Notes: generated from the sequence alone by a model not told the origin. DNA of 64,000 bases from Methanobacteriota archaeon (GCA_019347805.1 JAHWKR010000001.1:88881-152880), one strand, 5' to 3'; positions 10,411 through 20,514 are shown, numbered from the stretch's first letter. Made by a program: numbers and translations.

Positions 10411-13067
10411 GGTCGCGACAGGGGCGGGACGGCCTCGGGCAACAGGAACCTGTGGCCGAACCCGATCTGTTCCCAGATGCTCCAGGGGGTCTGTTCGGTC
10501 TCGTCCTGGAAGCGCGCCGTGCCGTTCCACTGACCGACCGGGAGCGCGCCGATGGCGTTCGGGAACATGTGGACCTCGACCTCGCCGGTCTCTCCGGGGG
10601 CGATCGTCTGCCACTCCCGGTGCGTGCGGTACCAGCTGGAACTCCATGGTTCTTCGCTGCGCATGGCGACGTCGACCCGGAACGCCTTGCCGGGATGCCA
10701 GTCGCCTTCCCAGGTCACGGTGCCGATGTTCGTCACCCCGATGATCCATTCCGCTTCTCCGCCTTGGGTCGGCGGGAAGAGAAGAGCCAGGGGATCGCCG
10801 CTCGGGCCGCGCACGATGGAGAGCCGCAGGTCGGCATAGTTGACGTAGAGGCCGTCGATGGCGAACAGATCGACACCGTCGCTCCGCCGCAAGTGCAAGC
10901 CGAGTCCGCGGCCTTCGAAGTCGGAGGGGATCGTGACGATCAGCCGGGTGCCGTTCGCTTCGGTCTGGCTCGGCAGGTCGCGCCAGTGGCCGTCGTCTGT
11001 GGTGGAGACGGTGACGTTGCGGTCGGGGTCCCACGGGACGGCGCCGAGGCCGGTGCCTGTGTACACGACGGTCCCGTTCGTCGTCGTGTGCACCGGACCG
11101 TCAATGTGGACGTCGAGCGGGTCGGTGACGTGGAACGCTTCTGTCCAGGTCACCTCCATGTCGTCGCTGCGCGTGACGCTGAGCGGATAGGTGCCGTAGC
11201 CGATGTCGGGGACGAGGAATTCGAGCCAGCTTCCCGGGTCGTCCCATGCGGTGGCGTTCACCGTCGCGTTCCCGATCGTCACTCGGGGGACATGGAGCGT
11301 GGTGTTCCCCACAAGGTCCTCGCCGTAGACGGTGATCGTGTCGCCGGGCAGTCCGGTGACGGGGGAGACCGACGAGATGCGCGGCATGTCGTGCCAGTCG
11401 AACCAAGGCAGGCCGAGGTGGTCGGCGACGGTCTGGGTGTCGATCTTCTTGTCGCGGATGCTCCAGGCGACCGTGTCGAGATGTTCGGGGTGGAGGGCCG
11501 AGGCGGCATGGAAAACGCTCTCCATGTAGGTGCGCGAATCGCCGGTGCCGGCCGGCATGAGTTCGTTCGCCTCGAGGTAGAGGCGCAGGGTGATGTCGCG
11601 GTCGGTGGCGAGGGTGAGGTTCCAGGCGACGCCTGAAATGACCTGGCCGGCGTAGTGACAGCAGCGGTCCATGACATCAGGGAATGTGAGGTCGTTGTCG
11701 AGGCGGCGGAAGCAGTTCGGGACGCCATCGTCCTGGTCGTCGTCGATGTAGGAGCCGAACCAGTCTCCGAGGCACGGCACATCATAGCCGTCGTTCGCCT
11801 CGAGAAGCGCGAGCGCGGAGAAGAGGTCGGCGAAGCCTTCGGCGATCATGCTGCGGTCGCGTTCGGAGAGTTCATTGCCGGTGACGGCGAGTTGCAGCGC
11901 GTGGCCGTATTCGTGCACGACGACGTCGGCGTCCTCGGCGGCGTCGGCGAGGCCGTTCGGTGCATCGGCGTGATAGCCGAAGCGGATGTAGTCGTCCCAC
12001 GAGTAATAGGCGTTGAACATGCCCATGGCGGGTTCCTTGACCTCTTGCGCTTCGGCGTTGTGGTCGGTGAAACCGAGGCGCTGGACGAGGTCTTGCGCGC
12101 GGTCCATGTGGTAGTAGGACATGACGTCCTCGAACCGGATGTCGCTGCGAGGATAGGTGAAGTCGGCGGTCGTGCTGTCCGTGGAGGTGTTGACGAAGAC
12201 CCAGCGGCCTTTCAATGTGTAGGCGCCGGTGAGGGGGGTGTCGAGCCGTTCCAGGGTGGCGTTGTCGATGGTGCTTCCGATGAGGGCGTTCTCGACGCCG
12301 TTCGGGTCGTCCTTGAGGTCCGGGTCGCCAAGGCGCACAAGCGGGCTCGGGTCGAAGATGCGGCCGGCGCCGTTCGCGGCCTCCCAACGCGGCGTGGCGC
12401 TGTCGCGCGCAGGATCGTCCGGGTGGACCCGCACGAGCCAGCCCGCCTCGGTCGGCCCGTGGGTGCCGCGGACGACCGCCTCCCAGGCTTCGAGCCACTT
12501 TTCGTCGTGGATGCGCCAGATGCGGGTGGGTGCGTCATCCATGGTGAGCGGCCCGGCGAAGGCGGGGTGCGCATCCCAGCCGGTCGTCTGTTCGTCACGA
12601 TCGCGCACGGTGTCAACGAAGACGGCGTCGTTGGGACGCACGCTCTGCCAAGAGGCTGGGAAGGTGTCGGGGAGGGCGACGTGGGCGAGCCAGGGGGTCC
12701 CGGTGGCGTCGTGGTGGATGGCGGCGCTCGCGCCGCCGACGGGGATGCCGTCGTGCGCCGCCAGGTAGCGGACGTGCATGCCGGTGGGGCTTTCGCGGAT
12801 GTCCCGTGGGACGAGCAGCGACGCCATGGCGGGGTCCTTCCCGTCTTCCCGGAGGATGACGCGCACCGTGTCGAGGGCCGTCTCGTGTGGCCGGGCGGGG
12901 TCGTAGCGCGGCAGGCCGGTGGCGTCGAGGACACGGGTGAACACCCCTTTGTCCCCCGCGAGCACCGGGCCGGCTTCCACGGCCTGGCCCGGGAAGAGGG
13001 CGAGCAGTGGGACGGTCAACAGGCAGGCGACGGCGAGGGTACGGAGGCGATTCACGCGGGACACCAC
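10407..13067 (-). CDS. Secreted zinc metalloprotease, gluzincin (M4/thermolysin-like fold) with C-terminal Ig-like domains
   Basis: Signal peptide; HEXXH motif VVHEYGHALQ followed by AEGFADLFSA (third-ligand Glu, thermolysin-like NEAxSD context); 886 aa. Confidence 0.65.
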   Translation of the reverse strand: MVSRVNRLRTLAVACLLTVPLLALFPGQAVEAGPVLAGDKGVFTRVLDATGLPRYDPARPHETALDTVRVILREDGKDPAMASLLVPRDIRESPTGMHVRYLAAHDGIPVGGASAAIHHDATGTPWLAHVALPDTFPASWQSVRPNDAVFVDTVRDRDEQTTGWDAHPAFAGPLTMDDAPTRIWRIHDEKWLEAWEAVVRGTHGPTEAGWLVRVHPDDPARDSATPRWEAANGAGRIFDPSPLVRLGDPDLKDDPNGVENALIGSTIDNATLERLDTPLTGAYTLKGRWVFVNTSTDSTTADFTYPRSDIRFEDVMSYYHMDRAQDLVQRLGFTDHNAEAQEVKEPAMGMFNAYYSWDDYIRFGYHADAPNGLADAAEDADVVVHEYGHALQLAVTGNELSERDRSMIAEGFADLFSALALLEANDGYDVPCLGDWFGSYIDDDQDDGVPNCFRRLDNDLTFPDVMDRCCHYAGQVISGVAWNLTLATDRDITLRLYLEANELMPAGTGDSRTYMESVFHAASALHPEHLDTVAWSIRDKKIDTQTVADHLGLPWFDWHDMPRISSVSPVTGLPGDTITVYGEDLVGNTTLHVPRVTIGNATVNATAWDDPGSWLEFLVPDIGYGTYPLSVTRSDDMEVTWTEAFHVTDPLDVHIDGPVHTTTNGTVVYTGTGLGAVPWDPDRNVTVSTTDDGHWRDLPSQTEANGTRLIVTIPSDFEGRGLGLHLRRSDGVDLFAIDGLYVNYADLRLSIVRGPSGDPLALLFPPTQGGEAEWIIGVTNIGTVTWEGDWHPGKAFRVDVAMRSEEPWSSSWYRTHREWQTIAPGETGEVEVHMFPNAIGALPVGQWNGTARFQDETEQTPWSIWEQIGFGHRFLLPEAVPPLSRP

Positions 13068-13101
13068 ACGGAGGAGGAGAAAGGGGGAAAGCAGAGCGTG
13101 A

Positions 13102-14991
13102 TCAGAGGCGCGACAGGAGGGCTTCGAGGAGCCCCAGCGACGGCAGGCCGCGCACGCCGCTCATCGCCTTCGCGTCCGTTGTGGGGGCGTCGAGGTCGCA
13201 GAGCGGTGGGGTGCAGGGCAGCAGGTTGTCGTCCATGGTCCAGCCACCGCCACCGTCGAGGTAGTGGATCTCGAGCCGTGCCTCGGCATATCCGACCTGG
13301 GCGTCGACCTCGTAGCCGAAGGTCCAGTCGCCTGGGGTGAAGTCGCTGAGGTCGGAGAGCCGGTGGGTGCTGGCGAGGCCGTTCTCTTTCTCGGCTACGG
13401 TGGTCCCGTCGGCGTCGGCGAGGAACAGGCGGCCGAGGAACGGTCCGTCGGTCGTGTCTCTCAAGACGCCGTAGCTCGCCCCCGGGAGGACCGGGACGGT
13501 GTCGGTGAACGAGAAGGCGGCCCCGGCGATCGGTGAGACGGCGACCTCGTGCACAGAGTAGCCTTCGAGGACGATGTCGTCGGCGCCGAGGAGTCGGCCG
13601 TCGGCGTCGTAGACGCGTGCGGTGAAGACGTGCAGCCCGGGTGTGTCGATGGTGGTGGTGATCGTGTCGCCTTGGCCCTTGTCGATGCGGGGGCGTCCGT
13701 CCTCGAGGTAGCGGTGGGTCCAGCTGACACGGCTGCCGGCCGGGGGTGGCGCGAAGCCGTCGGAGGTCTCGTCCTCGTCCGTCCAGCCGTCGAGGAGGCC
13801 GAGGGTCACCTCTTCGCCCGCCGTGGCGTCGAGGGAGAGGGCGTCGGCGGCGACGCTGAAGAACCACGGTTCCTCGGCGACCTTCACGTTCTTTCCTTCG
13901 GCGCTGACGGGGAGCGTGGCGAGACGTTCCGCCTCGCGCAGGGAGCGTTCGGGTTTCGGGGCGCTCTCGTGGCCGACGAGGATGTCCTTCATCTCCATCG
14001 ACATCGAGGCGCTCCCGGTGAAGCCTTCGACGTTGAAGCGGGTCGTCATCGAGGTCTCGCTGATGGTCTGCACGAGGTTGCGGTAGTGCGGGCTGTACCA
14101 GGAGGTGAGCCGCACGTCGATGTCGAAGGAGGCGGTACCTCCGGCGTGTTCGGCGCCTTTGGCCATGAGCGTCTCGATGGCCGCTTCGGTGGCGTCGGAG
14201 AGCCGTGCCTCGATGCGGATCGTCTCGGTGGGGCCGAGTTCGGGGAGTTTGAGGTATTCCTTCTCGACCGCCTCGGCGACCAGTTCCATGGAGAGGTCCA
14301 TGTCCAGCTCGCCGGTCGGGTCGCCGAGGGCGACGATGTTCCAGGTCTTGCCTTTGGTGAGCGGGAAGTCGAGGTTCTTGATCTCGAGGGGCTTTCCCTC
14401 GGGTCCGTCGGGGAGGATGAAGGCGAGGTCTTCGTGGCTGTAGAAGCCGAGGAAGCCGCCGCCGCAGGGGCCGGCGCAGATGCCGCCGAACTCCTCGTCG
14501 ATCATGCCTGCCGGGGTGTCGCCCTCACAGGAGACCGTGCCGTCAGGTTGCTGGACGCATTCGCCTTCGACGCCGAAGGTGTTGCCGCCGTAGCTGGCGC
14601 GTTTGAACTGGACGCTCTGGGCGACCGCGTAGACCGGGATGTCGGAGACGTGGTGGGTGGTGTTCATGACCGACATGGCGTTGGCGGTGTCGATGACCAG
14701 GGCGCCCGCGTCGGCCGAACCGAAGCCGAACAAGGAGCCGGAGGCGCGGATGGTGGTGGTGGCGTCGTATTCCCAGGTGTCGCCCGAGTGCCACTCCGGT
14801 ACCGCTTCGTCGAAGTCGCCGGTCAGGCCCATCACGGCGAGGCCGAGGACCACGAGGGGGCTTGCCAGGAGGATGCCGAGGAGGATGGTGACGGACTGGT
14901 TCATGGGGCGGACCAACTGGACGACCTTTTCCTGTGCTATAACCTTTCTCGGGACACACACGAACAGAAGAGTGGGGTACGCACTGTCCAA
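13102..14991 (-). CDS. Large secreted/membrane-anchored hypothetical protein, probably co-transcribed with the downstream metalloprotease
   Basis: N-terminal signal anchor ILLGILLASPLVVLGLAVMGL; 35-nt gap to the next gene on the same strand. Confidence 0.55.
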   Translation of the reverse strand: MDSAYPTLLFVCVPRKVIAQEKVVQLVRPMNQSVTILLGILLASPLVVLGLAVMGLTGDFDEAVPEWHSGDTWEYDATTTIRASGSLFGFGSADAGALVIDTANAMSVMNTTHHVSDIPVYAVAQSVQFKRASYGGNTFGVEGECVQQPDGTVSCEGDTPAGMIDEEFGGICAGPCGGGFLGFYSHEDLAFILPDGPEGKPLEIKNLDFPLTKGKTWNIVALGDPTGELDMDLSMELVAEAVEKEYLKLPELGPTETIRIEARLSDATEAAIETLMAKGAEHAGGTASFDIDVRLTSWYSPHYRNLVQTISETSMTTRFNVEGFTGSASMSMEMKDILVGHESAPKPERSLREAERLATLPVSAEGKNVKVAEEPWFFSVAADALSLDATAGEEVTLGLLDGWTDEDETSDGFAPPPAGSRVSWTHRYLEDGRPRIDKGQGDTITTTIDTPGLHVFTARVYDADGRLLGADDIVLEGYSVHEVAVSPIAGAAFSFTDTVPVLPGASYGVLRDTTDGPFLGRLFLADADGTTVAEKENGLASTHRLSDLSDFTPGDWTFGYEVDAQVGYAEARLEIHYLDGGGGWTMDDNLLPCTPPLCDLDAPTTDAKAMSGVRGLPSLGLLEALLSRL

Positions 14992-15075
14992 AATGCCGCA
15001 TTCCCTTCTGATAGCGGCGCATCGACAAGCCCTTCAGGGTGTCCACAGAAGCGCTGTTGTCGGTGTCACTGATGC

Positions 15076-15645
15076 TCAGGCGTCACCGGTGAGGAGGTCG
15101 AAGATGCCGACCCCGGCGAGGGTGAGCGTGGTGGTGAGGGCGCCGGCGACAAGGACCCCGACGAAGATGATGGCGTACGATTTGCGGCGCGGCAGGTCGA
15201 AGAGGTAGGTGATGAGGGCGCCGGTCCAGGCGCCGGTGCCGGGCAGCGGGACGGCGACGAAGAAAAAGAGCGCGATCTCCTCGTAGGTCTCGATGCGCTT
15301 TCGGCTGCGGTGGCGGGTGCGGTCGTAGAGCTTCGTGAGGCCGCGGTCGAGTTTCTCGCTCTTGCGCAGGAACCGTTCGATCGGTTCGAGGAGCCACCAG
15401 ATGAACGGCACGACCAATGTGTTGGAAAGGACGGCGAGGGCGAAGACGACGCGCCAGTCGAGGCCGTAGTAGGCGATGCCGAGGGGGATCGCGCCGCGCA
15501 GTTCCAGGATGGGGGCCATGGAGAGCAGGACGACGACGAGGGGCGGGGGCAGGAAGCCGAGGACGTCGGCGAGGAAGCGGCCGATCTCTTGCGAGACGCC
15601 GGCGAGGACGCCGATGATGTTGAGGCCGACGAGCGTCCCCATCAC
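15076..15645 (-). CDS. Small multi-drug export-like membrane protein (COG2426 family)
   Basis: 189 aa, 4-5 TM helices, motif GAIPLGIAYYGL; 4-nt overlap with the upstream gene. Confidence 0.5.
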   Translation of the reverse strand: MMGTLVGLNIIGVLAGVSQEIGRFLADVLGFLPPPLVVVLLSMAPILELRGAIPLGIAYYGLDWRVVFALAVLSNTLVVPFIWWLLEPIERFLRKSEKLDRGLTKLYDRTRHRSRKRIETYEEIALFFFVAVPLPGTGAWTGALITYLFDLPRRKSYAIIFVGVLVAGALTTTLTLAGVGIFDLLTGDA

Positions 15646-17111
15646 GCCACCCCCTTGGCGACGGCCTCTTGTCCGAGCCCCGGCCGACCGACGGCGACGC
15701 CATCGGTGACGACCGCCTGGCCGCGAAGCACGACGTGGCGCGGGAAGACCGCTTCCATGCCGCGGAACGGGCTCCAGCCGGCCTTGCTGTGCAAGCGGGC
15801 AGCGTCGACCCGCTCTACGGCACCGAGGTCGTAGACCGCATAGTCGGCATCGAGCCCGGGCGCGATGCGTCCCTTGTTCAGGCCCATCAGCCCAGCGGGC
15901 CGGGTCGACGCGGCGGCGACGAGCGTCGCCAGAGGGAGTGTACCGCGTGCCACCCTCGCCATCATGAGCGGGACCATCGTCTCGACGCCGGGCAGACCCG
16001 ACGGCGCGTCCAGCACTTCTTTTTCCTTCTCGGCGACGGTGTGCGGCGCGTGATCCGATTCCAGGACCGGGACGCGGTCGGAGAGGAAGGCGTCGAGGAG
16101 CGCGTCGGCGTGACGGGGCGCCCGGAGCGGTGGGTTGACCCGACCGCGGGCCCCGAGGGGCAGGCTATGGTCGAGGAACATGTGGTGTGGCGTCACACCG
16201 AAGGTGACGTCCGATGCTTCGCCGGTGAGCCGTTGCAGGAGGTCCGCTGTCGAAGTGTGGGCGATGTGCACCCGGAACGGCCGCGCGCCGTGCGCCGCCT
16301 CGTCGGCAACAAGCGCCTCGTGAAGCGCATCGAAGGCGGCGGTCTCCGCTTCCACCGGGCGACGGGCGTCATGACCCGGAAGACCCGGTGTGTCGTGGTG
16401 ACGCAGCGCGGCGGCGGCCATCGTGTGCCGGTCCTCGGCGTGCACCGCGAAGAGTCCACGGAAGCCCGCTTCGCGCAGGTCGGCGAAGACCTCCGGGAGC
16501 ATGCCGATCTCTTCGAGCGTCACGCAGCCGGTCGATTCGCCGAGGTAGACCTTGAACGACGGGACCACCGCGGCCAACCTCCGCAAGCGTTCGCCGGGGG
16601 CGGTGATGCCGCCGTAGAGGCCCCAGTCGACGTGCGCCTTGGTGGCGACGTCACGCCGTTTCGCCTCGTAGGCCTCGAGGCTGGTCGTCGCCGGGTCGGT
16701 GTTCGGCATGTCGAAGACGGTGGTGACGCCGCCGTAGGCCGCGGACAACGTGCCGCTTGCGAAGTCTTCCTTGTGCGGATGGCCCGGGTCGCGGAAGTGG
16801 ACATGGATGTCGATGGCGCCCGGCACGACGACGAGACCGCCGTGGTCTTCTACCGTGTCGCCGACGAGGTGGTCCCCGACGGCGGTGATGCGGCCGGTCT
16901 CGGGGTCGTGCGCGAAACGGGTCTGGCGTAGACCCGCGCTCGTGAGGATGCGCCCCTGGACGACGACCGGATGCCGCACAGGGCCGTCGATTCCGATTCG
17001 AGGGATAAGTGTAAGGGGCGGGTCCCGGCCGTCTCTCGAAGGGGAGCGCAGTTTTTCTGAAGTTTTTCGCCGGACCCCATCATCGGTCGCGTCCCAAGTC
17101 GGACCGCGCAC
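15642..17111 (-). CDS. pyrC: Dihydroorotase-like cyclic amidohydrolase
   Basis: Metal-binding motif GAIDIHVHFRDPG and FDMPNTDP; amidohydrolase fold; true start probably downstream of 17111 (N-terminal 40 aa look non-native). Confidence 0.65.
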   Translation of the reverse strand: MRGPTWDATDDGVRRKTSEKLRSPSRDGRDPPLTLIPRIGIDGPVRHPVVVQGRILTSAGLRQTRFAHDPETGRITAVGDHLVGDTVEDHGGLVVVPGAIDIHVHFRDPGHPHKEDFASGTLSAAYGGVTTVFDMPNTDPATTSLEAYEAKRRDVATKAHVDWGLYGGITAPGERLRRLAAVVPSFKVYLGESTGCVTLEEIGMLPEVFADLREAGFRGLFAVHAEDRHTMAAAALRHHDTPGLPGHDARRPVEAETAAFDALHEALVADEAAHGARPFRVHIAHTSTADLLQRLTGEASDVTFGVTPHHMFLDHSLPLGARGRVNPPLRAPRHADALLDAFLSDRVPVLESDHAPHTVAEKEKEVLDAPSGLPGVETMVPLMMARVARGTLPLATLVAAASTRPAGLMGLNKGRIAPGLDADYAVYDLGAVERVDAARLHSKAGWSPFRGMEAVFPRHVVLRGQAVVTDGVAVGRPGLGQEAVAKGVA

Positions 17112-17124
17112 GCCTCTTCCAGGC

Positions 17125-17793
17125 CTAGATGTATCCCCACAGCCCGACCTCGCCCTTGCGCATGAGGTCGTCGATGGAGACGAGGAAGTCGTGCACCCAG
17201 AGCCGCACCGAGAGCGCGCGGCCGAGCGAGAACCCGAGCCAGGCGCCGTAGGTGGCGAAGACAGGGGTCTTGAGGAGCGCGGGGCCGCCGTCCACCACGG
17301 TCAGGAGGCCGAGGATGAGCGTCAGAAAGAGCGCGCTGGACCAGAAGGCGACGAGCGGTCCGATGCTGCGGGTCGCGGGGCGACCCTGGACGCGGCGATG
17401 CACCTCGTCGATGCGGGCGCAGGCGAGCGAGTAGCGCATCCAGCCGTTCCAGCGCTGTGTGAGGGAATCGCGCCAGGTGCGGGTCGTGACATAGCGGCCG
17501 TACAGCAGGCCTGCTGCGCCGCCGATGAGGAAGGTGAGGGTCACGGTGCCGACGCCGATGCCGAGCATGCGGCCGTCCGGCAGGTCGACCATGAGGGCGG
17601 TGAAGAGCCCGAGGAAGAGGAACATGGTGACGATGCCGGCGATCTTGCGCAGGCTGGCGCGTTCCTCGGTTCGGAGGATCCCCACGAAATTTTCGGCGAT
17701 CCCGGAGTGGGCGTGCATCCCTTCGCCGGTGACGGCGTCGGCTGACAGAAAAGGGTGCCGATAGGTCGCACCGTCCCGGGATGACGCGTCCAC
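17125..17793 (-). CDS. Hypothetical integral membrane protein
   Basis: 222 aa with at least 4 predicted TM segments; no known motif. Confidence 0.45.
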   Translation of the reverse strand: MDASSRDGATYRHPFLSADAVTGEGMHAHSGIAENFVGILRTEERASLRKIAGIVTMFLFLGLFTALMVDLPDGRMLGIGVGTVTLTFLIGGAAGLLYGRYVTTRTWRDSLTQRWNGWMRYSLACARIDEVHRRVQGRPATRSIGPLVAFWSSALFLTLILGLLTVVDGGPALLKTPVFATYGAWLGFSLGRALSVRLWVHDFLVSIDDLMRKGEVGLWGYI

Positions 17794-17805
17794 CGGGTGT
17801 CCAGG

Positions 17806-18975
17806 CTAATCACGCCGCCGGCTTCGGGCAACGGCGACCACCGCCACCAGGGCACCGACCGCGAGGAACGCACCGGGTGCGGGCACCTGTCTGGCGGGGG
17901 CCGGAAGCCGTTTGGGTGTTTTCGTCGTGTCGTCCCCGAGGACGCTCTCGTCGGCGAAGGTGACCGTGTAGGTCTCGTTCGAGACGAGGGGGGTCTCGAT
18001 GGGGTGGAGGCCGTGGTCGCGCGCAAGCAGGTAGCTGTCGTGCTCGACCGCCTCGACGCGGAACGTGACGTTGTCGTCGCCACCTTGGACCAGTTCCTTG
18101 AAACGCTCGTGGGTCGCTTCGACCACCCAGGTGTCGTCGTCGCGGTCGCGCTCCATGATGATGGCTGCGGAGCCGTCGGTGGGGGCAAGGCGCACATGCC
18201 AAAGGTCGAACCCTTCGGGCCGGTCCTCGGTGATGCGCACGATGACGCGGTTGGTGTCGCGGGTGAAGCGGCCGCCGTCGTCCAGTTGCACCTCGATGAC
18301 GTCATCGGCGACCCGCAAGGTGCGGGTCTCGGTGCTTTCGCGACCGCGGCTGTCGGCGACGGTCGCGGTGATGGTGTACTCACCGGCCTCAGGGGGTGTG
18401 AAGGTGAGGCCCCAGTGGCTTTCATGCTCCGGGTCATGCCATAGATCCGGAACCCCCAGATCGGTACCACCTGGCCCGGTGACGCGGAACTCGAGCGAGT
18501 CGGGGACGACCTTCAGGTTGTCGATGGCGAAGACGGTGATGTTCACAGGTGCGCCCGCTTCCTGCAGGTCGGGGGTGATGTGGAGGCCGACATCAGGGTC
18601 GACGCCGTCGTAGAGGGGCGGGTTGGTGAAGAAGATGAAGAACGCCAACCAGGAGAAGAAGTAGAGGAACCCGGTGCCGGTCCAGTCTTTCTTGCCGAAG
18701 TGGCTGACATCCACCTTGAGGGCGGGATAGATGTAGCGCAGGAGGTAGCCGAGGACCGCGCCGATCAAGAGGGCCAGGAACCAGCCGCGCTCGGTCGCCC
18801 CGATGGCGAGCCAGACGCCGAACGAGACGGCGGCGGTGACGATGGAGTAGAGGAACAGGATGAGGGTGGTGCGGAAGCTGATGGTCTCGCGGCGGATGTA
18901 TTCGCTCTCGTCGAACTCGGGGACCTCGAAGGGCATCTCCGCCTTCTTGTCGTCCTCGCGCCTGCGCCGTGCCAT
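17806..18975 (-). CDS. Membrane protein with extracellular Ig-like domains and PGF-CTERM-like C-terminal anchor
   Basis: N-terminal TM helices; C-terminus PAPGAFLAVGALVAVVAVARSRRRD (Pro-Gly-Ala-Phe, then TM, then Arg cluster). Confidence 0.55.
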   Translation of the reverse strand: MARRRREDDKKAEMPFEVPEFDESEYIRRETISFRTTLILFLYSIVTAAVSFGVWLAIGATERGWFLALLIGAVLGYLLRYIYPALKVDVSHFGKKDWTGTGFLYFFSWLAFFIFFTNPPLYDGVDPDVGLHITPDLQEAGAPVNITVFAIDNLKVVPDSLEFRVTGPGGTDLGVPDLWHDPEHESHWGLTFTPPEAGEYTITATVADSRGRESTETRTLRVADDVIEVQLDDGGRFTRDTNRVIVRITEDRPEGFDLWHVRLAPTDGSAAIIMERDRDDDTWVVEATHERFKELVQGGDDNVTFRVEAVEHDSYLLARDHGLHPIETPLVSNETYTVTFADESVLGDDTTKTPKRLPAPARQVPAPGAFLAVGALVAVVAVARSRRRD

Positions 18976-19060
18976 GAGAGGTCCTTCCGGGCGGGTCGGG
19001 GGCCGCGCCTGGGCGCGCGGAAGAACGGGTCCCTTTTAACTAAGGCGGTCCGACGGCGGC

Positions 19061-19735
19061 TCAGTGGCGTCGGCGCGACGCGGCGAGTCCCAGGAGGCCG
19101 AGGGCCACGGGGGCGACCATCGCGGGCATCGGGGCCTCCTCGGTGGCCGTCGATTCCGTCTCGGCGTCCGACAAGCTCGGCGCGCCCTCCCAACTGATGC
19201 GGAGGTCCTTGACGCCGTAGGAGCGCTCGAACGTGCCCGATTGGGCCGAGGTGGCGAACAGCATGACGCGCTTGCCCGCCTCTTCGAACGCCTCTTCGGT
19301 CTGCGGCAGCGGCCCGACGATGTCGAGCTTCATGGTGATGGCGCACTCGGGGGGCTCGTACTCGGTCGGGTAGGGCGTGAGGATGAAGGCGCAGCTCGTC
19401 TTGTCGAGCGACGCGTCGAGCCAGGTGGGCTCGTGGGTGATGGCAAAATCGATGGTCATCTCTTCCTTGTCGGGGGCGCCGGTGCCTTCCTGCTCCATGT
19501 CCCACCAATACTTGACCTTGATCGGGACCGATCCGGGGAGCTCGCCGAGTTCGAGCGACGAGATGGGGATCTTGAGGTCTGCGGTGAGACTGATGATGGG
19601 GTAGATGGAGCCGCAGGGTGGCGCGCACTCGGCTGTGGCGGCGACCGGCTCGGGGGCCGCCTCCGCCGGCACGGCGGCAAGGAGGAGGGTGACTGCGACC
19701 AGCGTGATGATGGAGCGCCTCATGGAGATCGCCAT
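19061..19735 (-). CDS. Secreted protein with C-terminal TM anchor plus Arg cluster (archaeosortase-substrate-like)
   Basis: Signal peptide MAISMRRSIITLVAVTLLLAAVPAEA; C-terminus PMPAMVAPVALGLLGLAASRRRH. Confidence 0.55.
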   Translation of the reverse strand: MAISMRRSIITLVAVTLLLAAVPAEAAPEPVAATAECAPPCGSIYPIISLTADLKIPISSLELGELPGSVPIKVKYWWDMEQEGTGAPDKEEMTIDFAITHEPTWLDASLDKTSCAFILTPYPTEYEPPECAITMKLDIVGPLPQTEEAFEEAGKRVMLFATSAQSGTFERSYGVKDLRISWEGAPSLSDAETESTATEEAPMPAMVAPVALGLLGLAASRRRH

Positions 19736-19848
19736 GTCCTACAGGAGGGATACCCAGGAATCCTCTATATACGCTTTCCTGTGTTCGTTTTGTGGGTCGA
19801 ACGGGTTGAAGGGTGGTTTTTCGGGCCGTCCGGCTCAACGTTCAGGGT

Positions 19849-19874
19849 CGGGCCCGCAGAAGACCGCGGGCCCG
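19849..19874. terminator. Perfect GC hairpin (9-10 bp stem, 8-nt loop) in the long non-coding gap
   Basis: cGGGCCCGCagaagaccGCGGGCCCg read directly from sequence. Confidence 0.4.
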
Positions 19875-20514
19875 GGGAACAGGAGTCAGCAAGACACTAG
19901 GAGGGAAGGGAAATCTCCTGCTGTCTCCTCGCTTGCGACATGGGTCTCCAGCATATGTAAGGCTGTCGGGCGCCGGCGGCGGCGCTCAGAAAGTAGGGTG
20001 TGCCGGTGTCGCCCGGACCATAACAGTGCGCGTCATCGGGGCCCTTGTGGGACCTTCCTCGACTTCCTGACCCGGTCCGTCGTCCGCTTCGATGTACCGC
20101 CCTTCCCATAGGGACAGCAGTGGGCATTGGCACGTCGGGCGGCGTTCCCGGCGATTGTCCGCGTCCCGGGTTGTCCTCCGCATCACGCGGTGACGTCTCG
20201 TCTGATCCTCAGGGAGGGACCCTTAAAGGGACGCAGTTTTGTGGCCACCATGTCGTCGCGCCGGTTCATCCTGGCCCGAAGGTCGGTCCTGGCGCTCTTT
20301 TGTGGGGCGTCTTGTCCGCGTCCGTGGTGTCCGCCGTCATCGCGTGGCTCGGGGGATGTTTTGCGGCCGCGGTTGTGGCCCCCCGCTTGCGCCGCGTGTC
20401 ATGGTCCGCCTGGCGGCCTCGCGCGGTCTTTTCGGGGGGCATAGGACCCTGGGTTGGGCAGTATAAAAGCATTGTCCCTGTCTGGAGGGGGGTGCTGTCG
20501 GTGGGAGTCCGTGC

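Noticed and set aside
7912-11034. 1040-aa minus-strand ORF spanning tgtA and the end of the upstream gene
   Set aside because: Antisense to the well-supported tgtA gene and the secreted protein gene; Arg/Pro/His-rich, no motifs.
11655-15072. Plus-strand ORFs 11655-13340 and 13549-15072
   Set aside because: Antisense shadows of the metalloprotease and secreted-protein genes; Gly/Asp/Val/Arg low complexity.
19736-20514. SRP RNA or RNase P RNA in the long non-coding gap
   Set aside because: Could not find the conserved helix-8 (GGAAG...AGCAG) or RNase P CR-I/CR-IV/CR-V motifs by eye on either strand; left as an open question in findings rather than annotated.
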